The position numbers and the translations under genes are program-made. 64,000 nt of DNA, from assembly GCF_964204645.1 (NCBI RefSeq), contig NC_134026.1, positions 21,734,150 through 21,798,149 of the forward strand, given 5' to 3'. Below the pieces are notes generated by a model. That model was not told the DNA's origin. It was given only the letters and a program-made list of their open reading frames with translations, and made no database searches. The DNA is from Tubulanus polymorphus. Lineage: Eukaryota; Animalia; Nemertea. Positions 47,732 through 60,775 of the stretch are shown piece by piece; position 1 is the stretch's first letter, and the number at the start of each line of letters is the position of its first letter.

Positions 47732-49368
47732 ATCGCACGTACGACCTAGGTGTGCGAAATTGAACTGACTCCCGTGGCTATGGTGGCTGATTCAGCCCAT
47801 AATTGAAAATACAGATCTATGCAAATCTATATGAACCTCTGTATACGGCTAAAGACATGATAAACGATTTTTTACATTTTGGTTTTCTCTCGCGAGCATT
47901 CGAAAAGTCGGTTTTTTTCGCACGAGAAAACAAAAGATTGGCCAATGCAATGTAAAAGATTTCTTATCTAGCTTCAGCCGTTTAGAAAAATTGTTCAAAC
48001 CAAAGCGTTTTGTATTTTTGTGCGATAGAACAAAAAGTTTGGAAAGCAAAAGGTGGGTCAATGTAAACATTTGTTATCGTGCCTCTATAGCTGTACAGAA
48101 CAATTTCCTAGTAAGGCCCAAATCAGCCACCATACGCAAGAGCACACTGAAAACCAACGAACTATCATTTGGTATAGATGATAACTCGATTTTATTTTAG
48201 AATCTATTTGTTGGTAAACTCATGGTCTTAGGCCTACACTATCACAATACAAATGCAGTTAATATATTGTAAAACGTACCCAAAGATCGATGTAAATGTT
48301 TATGCAATTGCATTTGTCAGTGATAATTTTGAAATTACCGCCTCGTAGATGGAGGGGACATCGAATAATGTGTGTACAGAACTTTAATATTGGACATATT
48401 GTTTCAAATGACCTTATAAAAATGAAACCGTAAAAACGAGTTTGCTATCTTCGTTGTTTGTCTCCTCTTCATTATATGCTGATGCCGTTTTGTGACGTAG
48501 TCTTATGGAGTTCATATGTACATGTATAACAGTAATATTTGTAACTTGATATTAGTAACTTGAATGCGCTTAGATGTAATGTTCGTATGAAATAATAACT
48601 AATAAATGTACTTACTGGATGTTTCAGTTTTGCAATGTATCGAACAGTGGACATCATTGATGATTTAAATATGTGTTGTGTTTGTAGCGTAAATCAGCAT
48701 TTTGTGATGTATCTTTTGAATAAAGTATGAATATGGTGATGCATGAACAGGTAAGTTTATCGTACCTTTTTTGGAGCGCGCATTTCCATTACTATGGCAA
48801 CGAATCGTGTAGTATCATAGAAAATAGTCAATGCCGACAATTAAACAAAATTATTTAAATCGTGCCTGTTTTTTAGAATTAATCTATCCAATGGAAATCA
48901 TGGGCAACGTTGGAAATCTAGCCGCATGTGGAGACCGGATCATCCACCAAGGATAATTACTCGAGACCATATGGTGCCCGTGGAGAACAAGCAACAGAAC
49001 CGGACGCATGTACAAATGCAGTTTAAGGAGAAAAGGGTGATGATTTTGTTGACCGGGGGGGGGGGGGGGCTAATCGGGATGTTGATTTTGCTATTTGCAT
49101 TATTCCATCGTAGATACTTAAATCCCGCACCCAAGCTTAAAACAAATATACAATCAATTTTGATTAAGCAATGGAATGCCAGTAGAGACAATCTAACCAC
49201 CGCGTATAGAATTTATTACTTTGACGACTTATTTTCACTGCTGAAAGCGCATTACCGCTGCAAAGCGAGCTGTTATTACGCACATCATTTCAGATAAAGC
49301 GATGACAACGTATTGTCGATTTGAATTTTCTTCTTTACCACAAATTTTCTACCGACTTCTTGAAAATC

Positions 49369-52301
49369 ATGACGAGCTTCGTAGCCTTAGAAATATCATT
49401 ATTTACGATATTGATATTGTATCATCCAGACAGGTCCGGTGCCGTTTTGAAGATTCCCGATTTGGACGATAAACACTTTGAAGTTGACGGAGATTTAGTT
49501 TTGGGCGTTTTATCGTGGATCCATTACAGCGACGAGAGAAACGGATGTTCCGAGAAAGCATTTTTAGCAACGGGAATCGCGTGGACTGAAATGTTTAAAT
49601 TTGTCGTAAATGAAATAAACAATAATGCCACGATTTTACCAAATATAACACTGGGATTGGACATCTACGATGAATGTATGAGTACTCGAATCGCTGCCGG
49701 TCGAGCAATGCAACTACTGCACCGAGCTGGAACATTTCAGGATACCGCTTCAAATTTTACGTCACAAAAGCACCTCGTCGGTGTTATTGGGGGCATTGTG
49801 TCGTCAACGGCTGTCGCTATATCCAGGATCTTCACTCCGTTTGAACTACCGCAGTTAAGTATGTCGGCGACATCGGCCGAACTCGATTCTCGATTTCATT
49901 TCCCGTATTTTCTACGCTTACCGCCGTCAGATGCCGCACAGACGATCGTCATCGTAGATCTCATTCGATATTTTGGTTGGAAATATTTTGCAATTCTCTA
50001 TCGCGACGACAGTTACGGAATCAACGCCATGCAGATGATCATGCGTCTAACCCGAAAATTACCGGATGTTTGTATCGCTTACAGTAAAGCAATAAGCGAC
50101 GACAACATCGCAGAAGACACGAGGACGATTGTAAAACACTTAATCAAAGACGGAAGAGTCCGAGTCGTCGTAACATTTCTATATTCGGCGGCCGCATCTG
50201 GTTTATTAAGAGCCGTTAATGACATAACGCGCACGAACTATTTCACTTTCATATTTAGCGATTCAATCGTCCCGTTGGGCACCTATGAAAATGCAATAGG
50301 TGCATTGAGTATAGAGGTAGAATTCGACTCTAAAGGCGAAGATCATTTCTTTGACATCTACGAAAAATACACTTACAAAAATCTGTCGGCGAATAATCCT
50401 TGGAAACACCAGTATATGGAGCGTATGTTTAACTGTACGTGGGTACCGTCAAAATTATCTAAGTGTCATCAATTCGTGGATACGCCGTTTAGCGAAAGCC
50501 TGATACGAAGAAGGTCGGGATTCTTTACTTACAGTATGGCACATGATACAGTTTTGACTTACGCAACGGCCTTACATAAACTGATTGAAACGAAATGTCC
50601 AGATCTTTTTTCACATTTCAATAAAACGCTCGCAAAAATGTGCATTACGACTAAACATCTGTTACCGTACCTATACACTGTTTCATTCGACGGCAAAACC
50701 GGTCACATTGACTTTGATAAGAATGGTAACGGAATGTCCCCGTATCAAATAAATCAATGGCAGTTTACTGATGGAAAATTTAATATGCGTACAATCGGCA
50801 ATTATGACCAGTTCACCAAAAAAGTGTCCTTTAACAATAACTTGGTAATGTGGTATAATTACACGCGAAAAGGAACTGGCGGAAAATTTTTGGTGATCCC
50901 CTCGAAAATACAGAAGTCGACGTGCAGCGACCCGTGCAAGCCCACCGAATACGTTCAAACATTGGAGTCAAAATGCTGCTGGGAATGCAATAGATGCCGG
51001 AACAACGAATACATCGACGCGAACATCACAAAAGGAAACCCGTGCATAGCATGTCCGCTGTACATGTGGCCCAACCCTGATGACTCCAGGAGCTGCCGAA
51101 AACTCTCTTCGCAGTTTTTAGACATCGAGCACCCGATTGGAATCGGTTTATGCTTCGCTGCACTTATTGGTATGATACTAACTTGTCTGGTGACAGGTAT
51201 CTTGGTCAAATACCGCCGCAATCGACTGGTGAAAGCGTGCAGCCTGGAACTTAGTATTTTCATTTTAGTGGGAATTCTTTCCTGTTTTCTGGTGGTGTGT
51301 TTACTGATGATGAAACCGGAACGATTTGTATGTTGGCTACAGCGTTTCGGTTTTGCCATCCCGTACACAGTCGTTTATACCCCTCTTCTGTTAAAGAGTA
51401 CGCGCATGTATCGCATCTTTTGGGCTGGTAAACGCGGTATCTCGAAACTGAAATATATCAGCAACTTGTCACAAATTATCACCACATCCGTTGTATTAAT
51501 TCTGCAAGTAAGTAGTCTCCATTTTGAGTCCGTAAAAAACATTCCAGTTTCTGTCTAATGTGTTAAGTTTTATATAGAATAATTTTATAAGGCGATTTGA
51601 AAATCTTGAATTACCAAGTTAGATATTTCACGTGATAATTGCGATTTGTGAATAATTCCATTTGATTTCGAGTTACGATTATCATGTATATCCTTATGTG
51701 TAACTGTGCAATATCACTTGACACATAAGCATAAATTGAGCGTCATGAGATGCCACATCCACTTCTAAACATATTTCACAGTTCTTCTTTGACGTTTTCT
51801 GTCTTTCAGGGAATGCTTGTATTGATATCGGCATTAGTTTACCCGCCAGTTCCACGGTTTATCATGCCATTGCTGACGACACCGTATGTTGAACTGATTT
51901 GCGACCTGCCTGTTCCAGCGCTTGTCATACCGCTTTCATTCAACATCCTCATCATTTTCGTCACGGCCGTGCTCGGATTCCTCACAAGGGCGTTACCGGA
52001 TAACTTCAACGAATCGCGTTATATATTTCTGTCAGTGAGCGCTACATTTTTTTTATGGGTCGCTTTTTTGCCGACGTACTTTTCGGCATCAACCGCGGCC
52101 CACAAGGTTATGCTGTTAGCGCTTTCCCTTATTCTAAGTTCTCTTGTCATATTAATATGTATTTTCATTTCTCGTTTGTATGGTTTGTTTTGCATTGACG
52201 GAGATGCGATGACATTTCTGACCATAAATGCTTCATCTGTGGGACAGGCCACCACCTCTAGAAACATTCAAGTCAGTTCGATTTCGCAATTAGAAGTATA
52301 A
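49369..52301 (+). CDS. Class C GPCR paralogue 2; exons 49369-51507 and 51810-52301
   Basis: Same architecture as paralogue 1, with a 302-bp GT-AG intron. The first ATG is at 49369; the ORF-track start at 49321 is TTG. Confidence 0.94.
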
Positions 52302-54858
52302 GAAACTTCTTCACCAAAAGAACTGTCAAATGTCTCCTTGAGTTTGCGTTTATTGATTTAACTTCGTTTTGAATCATACGTAAATTTCCCTGGCAATCTC
52401 GCTCTTTCTATTTTCTTTTCAGAACGCCAAACCTCTTTATGGATTCAATCAAATGTAGACATTTTATCTAATTTACCTGATTACCTATGGTCTGCGCATG
52501 GCATACTGCTAAACGATCTTCGACGAGTACCATCTATTTGCAGAATGTCCTATTTCAAACCAGCATCGACCTGGAAGGGCCCCGTAATATTTGAATTGCG
52601 TAAACTTCTTAGCCTTGTTAAGCTCGTATAGAAAAAAACCTTACAGGCAATTAGAATATATATTACATAAAACTACGAACAACCCTTAATCAACCTTTAC
52701 CCATCACATACGGATTTGAAACGTAATTCATAATCATTTCGGTCTCTTGTATCTGTAACAACCTTGCATTCTTGTTTTTGTGCATTAAGTATTTTGTGTA
52801 ATTTTATTTGTTGTTTTTTTTTTGTCAATTATACATCAAAGCAAGCCTTATATTTGCCACATTTTTTACCGGAACGTCACTTAACCATCCTCCAAACGTT
52901 ACCCGGGACATCCATACATTACAGCTAAAAATCGCCTGAAAACACAAAATACGATACTGATTAATTGTTCAGCATTCGTTTTTTTGCGCATCGCACTGTG
53001 CCGACCCGAAAATTAACAAAAATACGAAAATGTACAATTTCAACGTCATTCGAGATCGGAGACTATATCATCCGTTGACGGCTTAGTATAGAAGTTGAAA
53101 AATTAATTGAATATGGGATCGCTTTGCTCCACGCAGAGGTAATGATCCCAGAACTACCGTAACCGGTTGACACGATGACATAAATATCACTAGTAAAAAA
53201 CTAGATCATAAAATAAATCATGCTGATGGATAAATTGAAAAAGAATCAAGTTTCCGAAGCCTTAACGCAAATATGATAATCCTTCGAAGCACTCACTTAT
53301 TATCAATTGTTAATCTCAACGTTTTCGTGTGTATTTTCATGTCAAATGAGAGAATATCACACTAAACGTCATCGACGGTGTATATAGACTTGGTTATTGA
53401 GACAATGCAAACATAACAGGGCGGTGCCCTCCATTCTTTGTTGTTTTATGAGTTCTAGTGCAATGGAATTCCCCCGGGTCATCGCGACTTGATACCAACG
53501 CACGAACCAGGAAGGTTATACTAGGAATTTGAGACTCACTTTCGTCCACGTTTTATTGTATCATTCGCCTTATCGTGATATGTACCTATGTTTCTGACAA
53601 TGCCAATTATGAATACGACGATAGCATCAATACACCCCACCGGAGATGCCGAATACGAAGTTCAAAAGAGGGCGGTGACTTGTTCGTATCTAACAATTTA
53701 TATAATATATAAGTATAATAAATTGATATAAGCCATGGTCATTTTACTTTACGTCGAAATATTATGTCAGGGTTCACGAGTTGTGAAAATGCTGATATGG
53801 GTTGACAAATGTTTGGCACACAAGGATTTCAACAAGGCAAGATGGGTAGAATTAAGAATAGTTCAGGTGAAAAGCGTAATTTGATGCTGATAAGAATATT
53901 GAAGTTGGTATACGGAAATAATGTCGCAGGAGAAAGTTTACAATGGACTACATAACAATATTGTTTCATTTCCGCTACACATTATCAACAATTTGCACAG
54001 TTTACAAATAATATCCAATTTATATACAATTTGCGCCGTTTACAAAAAGTCATTTACAACATTTCATTAATGAAAAATTAAATCATCAAAAGTCTTCACA
54101 GTTTACCGCTCATGTGTCACGGCACGGTTTTTTCACAGTTAATCCGCACAATTTATCACTTCACTTACCCATCACTGTTAGAGTCCATGATCTAACCAAT
54201 AGACTTCTTGACCTATGACCGTCAGATGAAATTTGTCTGTCTGATATCATTTTGGCGTGAAATTGACTTATTTACATATGTTTCCGGGAAAATTTTTTCC
54301 TAGGGAATTTTTTCCTACATTTGTTCGAATTAAGTGGTTCTATTCAATTGATGAATATTAATGGCAGACAGATAGCATCTAAACCTTCACAAAATAGGAA
54401 TATATATCTACATAGAACTCGTGTATTAGTTAACAGCAATATATGCATATAACTGAGATCAACGTTTTTCATGCATTTTGGTACTCGAATTATTTGTATT
54501 GGTACTCTGAGCAATTTTTGTGAAGCACAAACTTTAATTTTATTTTCTATTTGTGCCGGAATAAGTATCTTGCCAGGTTTTTCTCCCAAACTTCCTCATC
54601 AAACATATACTGAAATCCGCATCTAAACTGAATATAGATAGAAATGAATTTTAATTAGGAAATGTAATACCAGTAGAGGCAGTAACATTACATACCGTAC
54701 ATGTACTGTTTCGATTGGTTTTCACTGCTGAAAGCGCTTCGTCGCGCAGACCGCGAGTTATCACGCACATCATTTAAGAATAAGCCATGTAATGACACTA
54801 CAATCGTCAATTTGATTCTCCTACTTCATGCACGTATTTTCTACCGACATCATAAATA

Positions 54859-57819
54859 ATGATGATGAGTTTCGTAGCGTTACAAATATTTCGTAGCATT
54901 ACAAATATATTGCTCACCTTAATGATATTGAATTTTTCGGAAAGGTCCGACGCCATTATGGAGATTCCCGATTTGGACAATAAACATTTCGAAGTTGATG
55001 GAGATTTAGTTTTGGGCGTTTTATCATGGATCCATTACAGCGACGAGAGAAACGGATGTTCCGAGAAAGCGTTTTTAGCAACGGGAATCGCGTGGACTGA
55101 AATGTTTAAATTTGTCGTAAATGAAATAAACAATAACGCCACGATTTTACCAAATATAACGCTGGGATTGGACATCTACGATGAATGTATGAGTACCCGA
55201 ATCGCTGCCGGTCGAGCAATGCAACTACTGCACCGAGCTGGAACATTTCAGGATACCGCTTCAAATTTTACGTCACAAAAGCACCTCGTCGGTGTTATTG
55301 GGGGCATTTTGTCGTCAACGGCTGTCGCTATATCCAGGATCTTCACTCCGTTTGAACTACCGCAGTTAAGTATGTCGGCGACATCGGCCGAACTCGATTC
55401 TCGATTTCATTTCCCGTATTTTCTACGCTTACCGCCGTCAGATGCCGCACAGACGATCGTCATCGTAGATCTCATTCGATATTTTGGTTGGAAATATTTT
55501 GCAATTCTCTATCGCGACGACAGTTACGGAATCAACGCCATGCAGATGATCATGCGTCTAACGCGAAATTTACCGGACGTTTGTATCGCTTACAGTAAAG
55601 CAATAAGCGACGATAACATCGCAGAAGACACGAGGACGATTGTAAAACAATTAATCAAAGACGGAAGAGTCCGAGTCGTCGTTACATTTCTATATTCGAC
55701 GGCCGCCTCTGGTTTATTAGAGGCTGTCGATGACATAACGAGGACGAACTATTTCACTTTCATATTTAGCGATTCAATCACTCCGAGTGCGTTGGGAACC
55801 GGCAGAGAAAATGCAATAGGTGCATTGAGCTTAGGTGTAGATTCCGGGTATAAAGGTGATGATTATTTCTTTGAAATCTACGAAAAATACACATACAAAA
55901 ATCTGTCAGCGAATAATCCTTGGAAACACCAGTATATGGAGCGTATGTTTAACTGTACGTGGATACCGTCAAAACGATCAAAGTGTCAGCAATTCGTGGA
56001 TACGCCGTTTAGCGAAAGCCTGATACGAAGAAGGTCGGGATTCTTTACTTACAGTATGGCACACGATACAATTTTTACTTACGCCATGGCCTTACATAAA
56101 CTGATTGAAACGAAATGTCCAGATCTTTTTTCACATTTCAATAAAACGCTAGCTAATATGTGCATCACGACTAAACATATGTTGCCGTATCTATACAATG
56201 TTTCATTCGTCGGCAAAACAGGTCACATTGACTTCGATAAGAATGGTAATGGAATGTTCCCGTACCAAATTGACCAATGGCAGTTTACTGATGGAAAATT
56301 TAAAATGCGTACAATCGGCAATTATGACCAGTTCACTAAAGAATTGTCTATCAGCAGAAGCTTAGTCACGTGGTATAATTACACGCGAAAAGGAACTGGT
56401 GGAAAGTATTTGGTGATCCCCTCGAAAATACAGAAGTCGACGTGCAGCGACCCGTGCAAGCCCACCGAATACGTTCAAACATTGGAGTCCAAATGCTGCT
56501 GGGAATGCAATAGATGCCGGAATAACGAATACATCGACGCGAACATCACGAAAGGAAACCCGTGCATAGCATGTCCGCCGTACATGTGGCCCAACCCTGA
56601 TGACTCCAGGAGCTGCAGAAAACTATCTCCGCAATATTTAGATGTAGAACACTCAATTGGAATCGGTTTATGTTTTGCGGCTGTTGTTAGCATGTTACTA
56701 ACTTGTCTGGTGACAGGTATCTTGGTCAAATACCGCCGAAATCGACTGGTGAAAGCGTGCAGCCTGGAACTTAGTGTTTTAACTTTAGTGGGCATTCTCT
56801 CTAGTTTTCTGGTGGTGTGTTTACTGATGATAAGACCGGGACGATTTGTATGTTGGCTGCAGCGATTCGGTTTTGCCATCTCGTACACGGTCGTTTATAC
56901 CCCTCTTCTGGTAAAGAGTACGCGCATGTATCGCATCTTTTCGGCTGGCAAACGCGGTATCTCGAAACTGAAATATATCAGCAACTCGTCACAAATGATC
57001 GTCACATCAATTGTATTATTGTTACAAGTAAGTAGTTTACCACATGATTCCTTGAGATAGCTCCTACATTCTGCTAGTCTTGATATACATATACGTTTTT
57101 TTCAAAGTTAGGATTTGTAATCACTTTTTGAATGTGCGTAGATGCCATTTATCATTCCTAAATTTCACTAAAAATGTCGTTTGATACAACCATGAATTCT
57201 TTTTTTGTGATCATGTGATGATTTGACATCTCCATTAGCTCGATGCTGCAAGTATTGGGCTATTGTCATACTGTGCAAATTGGAAAGTCTACCTGCAAAA
57301 TATCTATGATATGGATGTGTTCTGTCTTTTCAGTCATTGTTAGCAGTGACATCGGCATTAGTTTACCCACCAGTTCCACGGTTTATCATGCCAGTGCTGA
57401 CGACACCGTATGTTGAACTGATTTGCGACCTGCCCGTCCCAGCGCTTGTCATACCGCTTTCATTCAACATCCTCATCATTTTCGTCACGGCCGTGCTCGG
57501 ATTCCTCACAAGGGCGTTACCGGATAACTTCAACGAATCGCGTTATATATTTATGTCAGTGAGCGCTACATTTTTCTTATGGGTCGTTTTTTTGCCGACG
57601 TACTTTTCGGCATCAACCGCGGCCCATAAAGTTATGCTGTTAGCGCTCTCCCTTATTCTAAGTTCTCTTGTCATATTGATATGTATTTTCATGTCTCGTT
57701 TGTATGGTTTGTTTTGCATTGACGGAGATGCGATGACGTTTCTGACCTTAAATACTTCGTCCGTTGGACAGGCCACCACCTCTAGAAACATTCAAATAGG
57801 TTCAATTTCACGCGCTTGA
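54859..57819 (+). CDS. Class C GPCR paralogue 3; exons 54859-57027 and 57334-57819
   Basis: Same architecture, with a 306-bp GT-AG intron. Confidence 0.94.
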
Positions 57820-57956
57820 GTACATTATGTTTAGTGGAAATACCGCAGTGACAACTGTTGTGACTTCTCTTTTGACGTCCATATATTCGTTTTATTTTAT
57901 CTACCATGGACGTATGAACTAAGATTTCTTTGAACTAGGCCGTCCTTCTAGTTTAT

Positions 57957-58635
57957 ACGTCCATGGTTATACGTTTATCAGTTTTATATATTGTTAATCG
58001 ATTGCTCCAAAAGAAGATATATCAATTTCTCCGAGCATAACAAAATACGTAGCACAGTCAACCTCGGTTAATCCGTCACCGGTTAAACCATATAATTGCT
58101 TATTCCGTATAAATAAATTGGTCCCGTTTTTCAGTAACGTTATACCCTTTTAAAATTCTTTGTCTAATTCGTACTCCATAATCCGTATTTTCACTTATTC
58201 CGTAGACAAATGCATGGTCCCGTTGTCCAATTTATATGTAAATCCTTATGTGTAATCCGTATCAGCTGTTGGACACATACACTTGAAGTACATACACTTA
58301 AACGTCCATGGTTATACGTTTATCAGTTTTAGATATTGTTAATCGATTGCTCCAAAAGAAGATATATCAATTTCTCCGAGCATAACAAAATACGTAGCAC
58401 AGTCAACCTCGGTTATAATCCGTCACCGGTTAAACCATATGATTGCTTATTCCGTATAAATAAATTGGTCCCGTTTTTCAGTAACGTTTACCCTTTTAAA
58501 ATTCTTTGTCTAATTCGTACTCCATAATCCGTATTTTTACTTATTCCGTAGACAAATGCATGGTCCCGTTGTCCAATTTATATGTAAATCCTTATGTGTA
58601 ATCCGTATCAGCTGTTGGACACATACACTTGAAGT
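57957..58635. repeat. 345-bp-period tandem duplication
   Basis: ACGTCCATGGTTATACGTTTATCAG...GGACACATACACTTGAAGT occurs at 57957 and 58302. Confidence 0.92.
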
Positions 58636-58900
58636 GAAAAAAGTATAAACATCTGATCTAATGAGGTTAATGTGGTCAGTAGGAAATATAAGAAACTCCA
58701 GAAAACTGAAGTTAATCCATCAATGTCGTATAGTCTCAAACATCACTGAGAGATAACTAAACCGGCTATTATACGGATTAGATCATAGTTTATACGGATA
58801 ATAGTTATTCGTATCAATAACGAATTATCTTTATCCGTATATAACTTAATCCGTACTAGGCTCAGTCCCTAGTGATACGGATTAACCGAGGTTTGACTGT
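58400..58900. mobile_element. Tc1/mariner/pogo-type MITE (left part duplicated at about 58056)
   Basis: The left end CAGTCAACCTCGGTTATAATCCGTCAC mirrors the right end GTGATACGGATTAACCGAGGTTTGACTG, which is followed by TA. There are internal AATCCGTA/TACGGAT repeats. Confidence 0.65.
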
Positions 58901-60775
58901 ATCAATATCAATATCGAAGCTGGCAAATCTGTACACAATATAGTCCTAGCTATAACAGCCGAGTAGCCGCCGTATAACCTGTAATCTAAGTCTTCATTTT
59001 TTAGAAATTCATTGAAGCTGAAATGATTTGCACCAATTTTGTATCAATCGGGTAGATTTCAGATTTAAATTCATTGCTCCTGAAATTATACATTTTTTTC
59101 GAGCACAGGATACAAAAATACAGTTTATAGTTATATTGTACAATTACAGTTACTCCAGCAGTTACAGTCACTCCTTTCTTATATAAAGTTCGTATATGCG
59201 TATCGTGCACAACGCTAGATGAGGCTATGTACCTTTTTCATAGGCCTAAATACTACTTGCTTCCTTGAGATGTTTGGGTCTTGTGATGTAAAAAGGTTCA
59301 TAAATTTTCTTAGATCATAGGGAAAGTTACTTGTTGTTGCGGTATGTACCAACTTCTTAACCTTTCGAAAAAGTGCACTCAATTATAAAATGGTATTCAT
59401 CACCGATTTTTCCTAGGTTATTTATTTGTTACAAATCCGTTCATATATACAAATTCCCAATATCGTTGGAAAATTCACACTCCAGTATAAAATGATATTT
59501 GTCGCCGATAGAATTCAGGTTGCATTTATTTCAAACTCGTTCGTTTTGTGGTTTGTTTTTATATCTACCAGGCTTTATTGGTGATTTATGGTTGGAACAT
59601 CTAGATATACGGCGAGATTCTTTGGCCTCGTGATTACGACGTAAGATATTTTTTTTGTCCCCGATCCATTTTGAATATTCTATTCGTATTTTATTTGGCG
59701 GATCGATCCGTGCTTAATTTAATTGATCGTATTATCTTCAAGTTTCACGAGTGTCCAGAGGTAAAAGCATTTTCCTTAATAATTTCGTTTTGAGAGGGAA
59801 TGTAATTTGGGTCCTTAGTAAACAACCGATAACCACAGTGTACACGTGTTTCGGTTCTTTTCACCAGATTGATCGGGTCGCACTAGCCTGCAACGGGGCT
59901 GATCCTTGTTTACCAGGGTATGGTTGCACGTCTTACCGATGGCGTAGGCTTCGGTGGTAAAGACTTCGACCTCGGAGTGTATATAAATCATTGAATTACT
60001 CCAAGCTTCGAATGCGTCCGGGTATCAATTTCAAACATTTACGAAACAACGAACTGATTTTTCTTTCACACATACCTTTTATTGGAAAAATGACTTGATT
60101 AGAAAAATATACAAATCAGAATAATTTTCTTGCATAAGTAAAATAAAAATATATAATATTCAAAATATTAAACATCTCATTGATATTAGCAAATTATCAG
60201 TAGTTAATTTCCACTAATACACATTTTTAACATCATATAACATGTCCTTGCTCGTATTTTCTTGGAAATCTAGAGGTTTAACAGAGTACATAAAATCACA
60301 TCTTGTTTTGACAAGTGCTAAAAGACTGTCCCGAAAAGGAAATCATAGCCAACGATGGTGACAATGAAATATAAAATACTCGTTTTCTATTTCGACATTT
60401 ACAAAGCACAATACTATATTTGATAAGCAACAGAGAACTCTCTCTCTCTCTATCTTCATCTCTTTATGGAATATATGTTCGTTAAAAAAGTCGAAAAATT
60501 TTAGCACAAATGTAAAATTACCAAGATACGTAAACGTAATCTAAATAATAATGAATTCACCCTTGATGTCATTATAGCGTACATGCAAAATAAAATCCTT
60601 CGAGGCATTTTGTACCTGCACGAAACAGATCGGTAATTCGTTCCCACGGATATTTCTTTGAAATAGAACGCATTAAAACGTGTTGATGAAAGAACCTCAG
60701 GCGTCGTGAAAATGCCTAATTAACTCTAAAAACAGATTGCTTATTCGCATATCTCGCTTTTCTCTGGTGGCTTCA

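Noticed and set aside
26195-57791. Recurrent antisense ORFs (137 aa and 82 aa) in all three GPCR copies
   Set aside because: They are shadows of the conserved sense-strand coding sequence and recur only because the genes are recent duplicates.
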